From the IMG/VR virus record IMGVR_UViG_3300044796_000662, positions 248,001-312,000 of that record: a DNA stretch of 64,000 nt; one strand, written 5' to 3'. The notes under the pieces are model-generated. The model was not told where the DNA came from and did no database searches. It worked only from the letters and a program-made list of their open reading frames with translations. The position numbers were made by a program, and so were the translations under genes. Positions 57,521 through 64,000 of this stretch are shown here, one piece after another; position 1 is the stretch's first letter, and the number at the start of each line of letters is the position of its first letter.

Positions 57521-60331
57521 CTACTCGGGCAGGTCGGCCATCTCGTCGAAGAGGTCCTTCTGACTGCGCTCTGCTTCGGCCTGCGCGTGCTTCGTCAATA
57601 CACGCTTGGACGCGATGTCGTGGAAGTGCTCGTCCTTCTCGATGCCGACGAAGGACAGGCCCGCCTCGGTCGCAGCCGCGCACGTCGTCCCTGATCCGCA
57701 GTAAGGGTCGAGCACGATGCCATCCTTGGGGGTCACGAGGCGCACGAGAAAGCTCATGAGCGCAATGGGCTTGACCGTGGGATGGTCGTTGCCGCCCGCC
57801 ATGTCGTCCACCTCGAAGTGCTCCCGCAGGCTCTCCGGGATGATCCGCTCGAAGATGGTCGCCTCCAAGCTCTCTGTCTCCGGGTCGAAGGAGCCGAGCA
57901 CCTCCGTGACCGTCTCCTGGATGCGCATGGTGACGTCTGTATCGACGCCCTCCTTGATCTTGAAGTAGACGAGCTTGGGCTGGTTTTTGGACTTCGTCTT
58001 CGGCGGCTTGGGCTTCTCGAACGCGCTGTTGCGCTCCGACCTCGACGCCTTCGCCGAGTAGTAGAATGGTGCCTCCGGGACGAACTGACCGAAGAAGCGG
58101 CTCGCTCCGCCCGAGTCCCCGTAGTGGAACGGCAGGTGCTCGCCCTTCGACCAGGACGCACCCGCAGCGTCACTCGTGGCCCTCGGCTGTACATACGGAC
58201 CGCGACCATCGACGCGACCGCTCTGCTCGTCCATCGCCTTGACCGGGCACCCCTCGACGCACTCGAAGACCGCGACCTCTTCGTTGCCCTCTGTGTCGCC
58301 CGTCTGCGTGCTCGTGAAAGGGTGGCGTGCGCCACCCCCGAACGGCTTCATACCGTCGTCGAAGCGGTTGATGACGGGCGCCGGGACCTTCTTCGTGCCG
58401 ACCTTCTCGCAGCCCGCTGCGTGGACCATGACCACGTTCGCGGGCCAGCGGCCGCCTTCCTTGACGTCGTTGGCACCCGAGAGGTCGGACGAGTTCTTCC
58501 AGGAGTTGCCGAGCTTGCCGCCCTTGGCCTTGAGCGCGGCCACCATCGCCTTGTGGGCTTCGAGATCTGCGGCGTTGGCGTGCTTGATGCGCGTGCCGTC
58601 GATGTTCAGACCGCCCGTGCCGGTCGTGACCACCTGCTCCGCGATGGACGACTCCTCGACCGGCTTGCGGAAACAGAGGACAGGCTCCCATGCGGGCTTG
58701 AGGGCGGTGCCCCACCCGTCCCACTTCTTGGCCAGCTCCGCGATCTCTGCTCGACGGCGCTCCACCTCGTCTTCCGACAAGCCTTCCGCGATTTCGAGCT
58801 TCGCGATGGCCTTGCCGATGTTGAGGCTCTTGGGGAAGCCCTGCCCATGAACCCACTGGAGCACGCTGGGCCCGAACATCGTCGCCACCGTGTCGCGGTT
58901 CTCGAAGCCTGCGGCCCGGATGCCGATCGACATGATGTCCCATGTGCGGGTATTCCCACACCACACGGCCTTGCCGTTGCGTCGAACGTAGAGAGTATGG
59001 TGCCTCTCCAGCTCGACGCAGTAGACCGTCCGTCCCTGCCACTCTTCCGCCGGGACAAGGGTGCGAACGGGATTCTTCAAGCCGGATCGGTCATAAACCT
59101 CAGGCTGGTTCTGTACATGGTTAAACGTCACCGCGTAGGACGGTCGCCGCGCATGAATCTCGCGCCCGTTGATCTTCGGGACACGCTTCTTGGGCTTCGT
59201 AACCACCCAGTCGGCAGAGATCCCCATGTACATCGCAACCTCTTGCCAATCGTCCCGAAGGCGACTGGAGGTTGTGTACCCCACACGGTGGTCGTGACCG
59301 TCACCGCGCATGTACCAATCCCACAGAACCTTCAGACGAGAGGAAGGCAGGGTCTTGATCCAGTCGGGAATAAACTTCTCCCAAGACTTGCCGAACTGGC
59401 GCAAGTACAGGGTGAGCTGCTTGTCATTGATACGGAGCTTCCCGATGCTCTCGTAGACCTTCACGTCGAACCAGTCCGACAGACGACGCTGTACTTCTCG
59501 AAGATTCTCGGTGTCGAAGTGTGCGATCGAGACGTTGTACCCGAATCCCTGTTCGTGGCCATCTCGCGGCTTGTTCTTGACGATGCTGGCGCTTCCTTCG
59601 GCCAGATACAACCCAAAAAAAGGCAGCCAAGCGTCAAGTGGGATCACCTTCTCCGGTAGCTCGACTTGATGCCCGTGACTCGTCGTCTGCATGACGGCTG
59701 GCAGTTTGAAAGAGTCAGGGTTCTGGAGGTCCATCCGCCCCCGACTCGTCTTGGTCATCTTGATCGCTCGCCCATGTTCGTCTGCCCTGACGAGGCTGAA
59801 CTTGGCAGGTGAGCCGAGCGTAGCGACAAACATGTTGTGGTTTGGCGTGACCAGCAGATCGACCTTGTTGGTCTTGTACCGCACCATCTCGCCAGGATTC
59901 GGCTGACGGACAACTTCCTTAGCCCGCTGCCAACCCACCTTGTGGGTCTCCGGGTCTAGGGACGCAAACTCTTCGTCCCCGGTCACGTCAGGGAAGCGGA
60001 CCCAGCCCTTGCGCGTGAGCACCTCCGTGTGCTCGTCGTAGCACCCCGCGAACGCCAAGAGGTGCCCACCTGGCTTCAGGATGCGGTAACACTCCTGCCA
60101 GACGGCGACGGGCGGGATCTCCCACTCCTTGCCCATGAAGTCACCCCCAGTGTCGAGGCGCTCGCCCTTGAGATAGTGCGCGATGTCTTCGCCCGTTGGC
60201 TCGCGATTGCCGATGCCATAGGGGGGATCCGTGACGACGCTGTCCATACAGGCGTCCGGCATCGTCTTGAGGACTTCCAGGCAGTCGCCGTTGAGGATCC
60301 GATTCCGGAACGCCGCGTCGAGGGTCTTCAC
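57521..60331 (-). CDS. N6/N4 DNA methyltransferase (beta order) with intein
   Basis: VTDPPYG, HPTVKP, VLDPYCGSGTT, GIE. Confidence 0.9.
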   Translation of the reverse strand: MKTLDAAFRNRILNGDCLEVLKTMPDACMDSVVTDPPYGIGNREPTGEDIAHYLKGERLDTGGDFMGKEWEIPPVAVWQECYRILKPGGHLLAFAGCYDEHTEVLTRKGWVRFPDVTGDEEFASLDPETHKVGWQRAKEVVRQPNPGEMVRYKTNKVDLLVTPNHNMFVATLGSPAKFSLVRADEHGRAIKMTKTSRGRMDLQNPDSFKLPAVMQTTSHGHQVELPEKVIPLDAWLPFFGLYLAEGSASIVKNKPRDGHEQGFGYNVSIAHFDTENLREVQRRLSDWFDVKVYESIGKLRINDKQLTLYLRQFGKSWEKFIPDWIKTLPSSRLKVLWDWYMRGDGHDHRVGYTTSSRLRDDWQEVAMYMGISADWVVTKPKKRVPKINGREIHARRPSYAVTFNHVQNQPEVYDRSGLKNPVRTLVPAEEWQGRTVYCVELERHHTLYVRRNGKAVWCGNTRTWDIMSIGIRAAGFENRDTVATMFGPSVLQWVHGQGFPKSLNIGKAIAKLEIAEGLSEDEVERRRAEIAELAKKWDGWGTALKPAWEPVLCFRKPVEESSIAEQVVTTGTGGLNIDGTRIKHANAADLEAHKAMVAALKAKGGKLGNSWKNSSDLSGANDVKEGGRWPANVVMVHAAGCEKVGTKKVPAPVINRFDDGMKPFGGGARHPFTSTQTGDTEGNEEVAVFECVEGCPVKAMDEQSGRVDGRGPYVQPRATSDAAGASWSKGEHLPFHYGDSGGASRFFGQFVPEAPFYYSAKASRSERNSAFEKPKPPKTKSKNQPKLVYFKIKEGVDTDVTMRIQETVTEVLGSFDPETESLEATIFERIIPESLREHFEVDDMAGGNDHPTVKPIALMSFLVRLVTPKDGIVLDPYCGSGTTCAAATEAGLSFVGIEKDEHFHDIASKRVLTKHAQAEAERSQKDLFDEMADLPE
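58952..60043 (-). mobile_element. Intein with LAGLIDADG homing endonuclease (364 aa)
   Basis: AG|CYDEHTEVLT...TPNH...GLYLAEGS...MRGDG...VYC...WCGN|T. Confidence 0.9.
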
Positions 60332-60339
60332 GCCCGCCC

Positions 60340-61101
60340 TTACACCGCCGATACGACCTCTGACCCGAGCAACCCGTTGGGCGCAAGGGGATCCAAAACT
60401 TTTCCTCCAAGGGGACTGACGAGCCGAAGAAGCCAGTCCACAAGCTCTGTCTCAGTCATGAACTGCGGGATGAATCTACCAGCCGCACCGTCATCCGCAT
60501 GCAAGCCCCCCTCGACCCTGGAACCCATGACACCCGCTGCCTTGCTCTGACGCTCCAGGAAAGGCAAGGGGCACTCTGCCGTGCAGTCTATCACCGGGAT
60601 CTCGACCCCGTGCTGCTTCTTCACACCACGGTGGACGCACCCTGCCGTATGCCGGATGAGCATGTTCGTGGGCCAACGGCCGAGTTGGTTGGGTGGGGGT
60701 GGGGCCACAAGCTTCGGAAGGTCCCCTTTCGTATCGAACCGTCTATACTCTCGCACGGTAGTGGGTGCTGGGACGACGCCCTGGATGCGTACACGGTCGA
60801 TGTTGTAGGCCCCGGTATCTGTAGCAAGAACCTGTTCGAGAGCGCTGGATCCCGACAGGGGCTTACGAAAGACAAGAATGGGCACCCACCGCAGGCCCCC
60901 ATCGAAGTAAAGAATAGTGTCGCGGTTCTCGAACCCTGCTCCGCGCAGAGCTATGGACGTATCAACCCAGGAGCCGTCAGCGATAACGAGCACGGGCGAA
61001 CCAGGCTTCAATACCCGCCAACTCGGCCCCGCATCAAACGGACGGCCACACCTAGTGATGAGAGCGTGTGCACTCGTGGGGGGTAGACTGGCGATGCGCA
61101 C
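60340..61101 (-). CDS. Degenerate methyltransferase paralog
   Basis: Shares VLKPG, AGFENRDT, FRKP, GRWP.N, VLDP with its neighbour but lacks DPPY and GSG. Confidence 0.65.
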   Translation of the reverse strand: MRIASLPPTSAHALITRCGRPFDAGPSWRVLKPGSPVLVIADGSWVDTSIALRGAGFENRDTILYFDGGLRWVPILVFRKPLSGSSALEQVLATDTGAYNIDRVRIQGVVPAPTTVREYRRFDTKGDLPKLVAPPPPNQLGRWPTNMLIRHTAGCVHRGVKKQHGVEIPVIDCTAECPLPFLERQSKAAGVMGSRVEGGLHADDGAAGRFIPQFMTETELVDWLLRLVSPLGGKVLDPLAPNGLLGSEVVSAV

Positions 61102-61110
61102 AAGCGCTGA

Positions 61111-62037
61111 TTACACCGGGCCGTTCTTCTTGTACCACTCCGGCCCCTTCTTGAGGACACCCTTCTCACCGCGGAGTCGCGGGGACATCTTCTCCGGATC
61201 CCCAAGATACTCCGGGGCATGCCGCTGGAAAACGCGCAGGATCTTTGGCAGAATTCTGTAACCCCAGAGCTGTGGGACGGCCTTGTAGTGCGGGAGCATG
61301 GACGGGAGATCCTTCCTGGGGTCCCCCAGGATCTCATTCGACGTGTACCCTTGCATGAGCAGGTCCAACCACAACGGAGCATCAGGATGTGCGCCAGTCT
61401 CCAGTTCCCGTTTGATATGGGGGTCGTTCCAGATGTGCCCCCTTCCTTCAAGCATATGGCGAAGGGCCTTCGGGTCATCCGGAGTGAAGAGGGGTGTTCC
61501 CTCCTCGTCCGTCCTGTCAATACTGATGTCTCTGTGCTGGCGCTTGTCGCCACGAAGTTGGTTGATGGTGGCGTTCTCCAAGCTACGGAGCACGAAGCTA
61601 CGTGCCTCCGTAAGAGAGATACCAGACCGCATCTGCTCCCACTTGTTATCCAGGATGAACGTGAAGAGCCACGCGCTAATCGCGCGGTCTACAGCATCAT
61701 CATTGTGATACTTGCGGTGCAGAAGTTCCTGAAGGCTCTCGGCGAAACCTTCGAGGTAGTTCGGGGGCAGGAACCGCGAAGGATCCTTGCCCTCGGCTCG
61801 AAGCTGCTTGACGGGGAAGTCAAGGGCCGGACCCGCGTACTTACCCGAGGAGATGTCGGGGAGCCCGTGCACCTCCTTCTCGATGAAGACGACCCCCAAC
61901 GTGCGGCCGAGAGACCGTACGTCGGTCCCGGCAAGGATCGAAAACACGTACGCCAGGCGCACGCTTGGGGGTAGAGACGCAAAAAGCGCGCGACCAAGGA
62001 AGGCCGCGCGCTTCTGGAGTGCCGAGATCTTGACCAT
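61111..62037 (-). CDS. Sigma-factor-like protein
   Basis: SFVLRSLENATINQLR..KR...ISID (region 2-like); QGYTSNEI (region 4-like). Confidence 0.45.
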   Translation of the reverse strand: MVKISALQKRAAFLGRALFASLPPSVRLAYVFSILAGTDVRSLGRTLGVVFIEKEVHGLPDISSGKYAGPALDFPVKQLRAEGKDPSRFLPPNYLEGFAESLQELLHRKYHNDDAVDRAISAWLFTFILDNKWEQMRSGISLTEARSFVLRSLENATINQLRGDKRQHRDISIDRTDEEGTPLFTPDDPKALRHMLEGRGHIWNDPHIKRELETGAHPDAPLWLDLLMQGYTSNEILGDPRKDLPSMLPHYKAVPQLWGYRILPKILRVFQRHAPEYLGDPEKMSPRLRGEKGVLKKGPEWYKKNGPV

Positions 62038-62064
62038 CCTACGCAGGTGCGCAGGATGAATGGA

Positions 62065-63066
62065 TTAGGACGCCATGGCCTGTTGCAGGAGACGGCGGTT
62101 TCCGCAGACCTCACGCTTGGTTGCGCGCTTGGCCTCGGTCGCCAGGTCCAGCTTGTCGATGGCCTCCTCCATGGAGTAACCATCTTCGAGCAGCTCGAAC
62201 AGCTCGTTCTTGAGCGGAGCTGCGGGGGTGCGGTCGATACGGCGGATGAGGAGCCCAAGCTCGGCGTGCACTTCGGCCGAAGCAGAGGACACGTCCGGCA
62301 GGCGCGTCTCCCACGGCGTCGGATCGTCCACCGCGGGGCGAAGCTCGGCGAACGTGTCGTGGAGGCGCTCCTTGTGGTGCCGGTCCTCGGTGCGGCAGAA
62401 GTTGGCGAAGCGGTTGTGCACACACTTCGACAGGTAGTGTTGGAAGTGCTTGCGGGTCGGCTTGGGGATGATGTCGGCGTGGTCCTTGTGGCCCACCTTC
62501 TTGAAGTACTCCATCGCGTCGAGCTGCATGATCTCGGACGTCTTGTAGATGGCCTTCTTGCTCTGGTAGCTGCCCTCGATCGGGAGGGGCATCCAGGCGG
62601 TCTTGCGGCGCTTAATGTCGGCTGGAGCGGCCTTGACCATACCGCGCGCCCCGCTCGCCTTCTCGGGGTAGCCCTTGGCGAAGTGCCAGATGGCGACGCG
62701 GAACTGGTCCCACCCCACACCTAGCACGCGATGTGCTTGTTCCGCGGTGATGGTCTCCGGCATCGAGTCACGCGCCTGGTCGAAGAACTTCTCGATGAGG
62801 CGCGCCTCCATGAGCTGCTTGAACAACTCCTGGACGATCTCGCGCGAATTGCGCGTGACTTTGTTGCGCTTTGACACGAGGTGGACCACGAACGGCCCGA
62901 ACTGCTCGAAGAACGCCGAGTACACCTCGGCACGGTTCAGGGTCGTGATCCCGAACACGGCCTCGATGAACGAAGCGTAGAAATCATCAAACGTGTCCGG
63001 CACCTTTGGTGCCGCTGGTCCCGCGATCTCGACCGACTTGCCCGCTACGATTTGACCTTCCGCCAT
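62065..63066 (-). CDS. Sigma-factor-like protein with insertion
   Basis: EIVQELF..L; FQHYL..CVHNRFANFCR; EDGYSMEEAI..L; start uncertain (ORF opens at 63120). Confidence 0.5.
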   Translation of the reverse strand: MAEGQIVAGKSVEIAGPAAPKVPDTFDDFYASFIEAVFGITTLNRAEVYSAFFEQFGPFVVHLVSKRNKVTRNSREIVQELFKQLMEARLIEKFFDQARDSMPETITAEQAHRVLGVGWDQFRVAIWHFAKGYPEKASGARGMVKAAPADIKRRKTAWMPLPIEGSYQSKKAIYKTSEIMQLDAMEYFKKVGHKDHADIIPKPTRKHFQHYLSKCVHNRFANFCRTEDRHHKERLHDTFAELRPAVDDPTPWETRLPDVSSASAEVHAELGLLIRRIDRTPAAPLKNELFELLEDGYSMEEAIDKLDLATEAKRATKREVCGNRRLLQQAMAS

Positions 63067-63235
63067 CTGCCGCACCGCCCCTTCGATTTGATTGCGCGCT
63101 CCGATCAGCGCTCCGCACATTGGAAAAGTTACGTGAAATCAGAGAGTTAGGTATGAATCTGAAAAGTGAAGCGTTCCTTCAGGGCTCACGGTGTAAGATT
63201 GATGGTAGACAAGGTCGATCCCTTCGGCCCAAACC

Positions 63236-63898
63236 GTGCATCGTGAGACCGCCGTGACCATCGACTCCATCCCCTCGTTGCGGGCCATGCCCGCAGTTCC
63301 CTCGACGAGTGAACTCGATAGCGCCATCGACGACTTCGACGAACGCCGTACCGTCGATGACATCGTCGCCGAGATGAACGCCCTCAACGCTGCGGGTCGC
63401 GCCGTTCGGAACCAGGAACGACCTGAAGAAGCAAAGCGTATGGTGGCTGAGGTCTTCACCGTTCGTCAAGACCTGCCGCCGTTCCTCGCCGAGGACTACG
63501 CCATCCACTGCGCCATGGCCAAGATCGTTGGAGCCGACGTGACCCCCTTCCTCGTTCCTGCGGCCCCCGATGATGAGGCGACCTGGACCACGTTCACCGT
63601 CCGCACGGTGCTCAACGCATGGACGCTTTGGGCTGCCGGTTCCATCCCGGAAGCTCTGAGCAGCCTCCAGCGGTTCCGGGATCGGCAGTACAGGGAGGAG
63701 ACCGTCACCACCCGCAAGGGCGGTGTCAACCTCATGTCGCTCTACTTCTGGGCTGGCGGCATCGAAGCGCTTGCTCGCGGAGAACGCAGCGAGGCCATGC
63801 GTCTGTGGAACCGCTCGCTCGAACTCGCGGCGACGCACGGAACGAGCAGCAGTCCGCTCATTCAGTGGACGTTCGTGGCGAGCTTCTTCCCGGTCTGA
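63236..63898 (+). CDS. Hypothetical helical protein
   Basis: 220 aa ORF; GGTGTA upstream at about 63190. Confidence 0.6.
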   Translation: MHRETAVTIDSIPSLRAMPAVPSTSELDSAIDDFDERRTVDDIVAEMNALNAAGRAVRNQERPEEAKRMVAEVFTVRQDLPPFLAEDYAIHCAMAKIVGADVTPFLVPAAPDDEATWTTFTVRTVLNAWTLWAAGSIPEALSSLQRFRDRQYREETVTTRKGGVNLMSLYFWAGGIEALARGERSEAMRLWNRSLELAATHGTSSSPLIQWTFVASFFPV

Positions 63899-64000
63899 CC
63901 GGCCGGTCTGAAGAAGGCTGTTCTTCTGTGCGAGGAGAATGGTCACGACGCTCCCTCACCACGGCCCCGAGTTCACCCTGCTAGTGAACTACAAGAGCCC

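Overview
GC-rich (roughly 65%), mostly minus-strand segment of a jumbo-phage-like genome; no capsid or terminase genes are visible in this window. 1-17.6 kb is a replication/recombination block: SbcD/SbcC-like, RecA, RuvC-like, SSB-like, RecD2, LigA, class II RNR, HolA/HolB and GroEL. 18-55.5 kb is a large translation/RNA-repair island with about 58 tRNA genes covering all 20 amino acids, tmRNA (tag ANDNGVAQARAA), RNase P RNA, ribosomal bL12, RtcB, a Trbp111-like protein, HIT, HNHs and many small genes. 55.8-64 kb holds an intein-containing DNA methyltransferase, a degenerate paralog and two sigma-like genes. The best candidate for an undescribed system is at 42.85-49.14 kb. There, a five-gene core (Ro60/TROVE-like vWA protein, putative divergent E2, JAB peptidase, ubiquitin-like protein ending FG-S, ThiF/E1) is flanked by nine ncRNAs sharing one helix/CUC-G internal loop/helix/ACAAG module. 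That module is grafted onto tRNA bodies in several topologies: in the variable loop, circularly permuted like YrlA, wrapped around an intact tRNA, or standing alone. Other signals: two related coiled-coil genes each followed by a structured RNA (one with two permuted tRNA mimics), a ribosome-type attenuator heading the tRNA array, a rare-Arg-codon leader peptide, a GGTGTA leaderless promoter motif, and shared N-terminal YDRR / RVAxR tags on unrelated proteins. All calls come from reading the sequence by eye; no database searches or folding programs were run.
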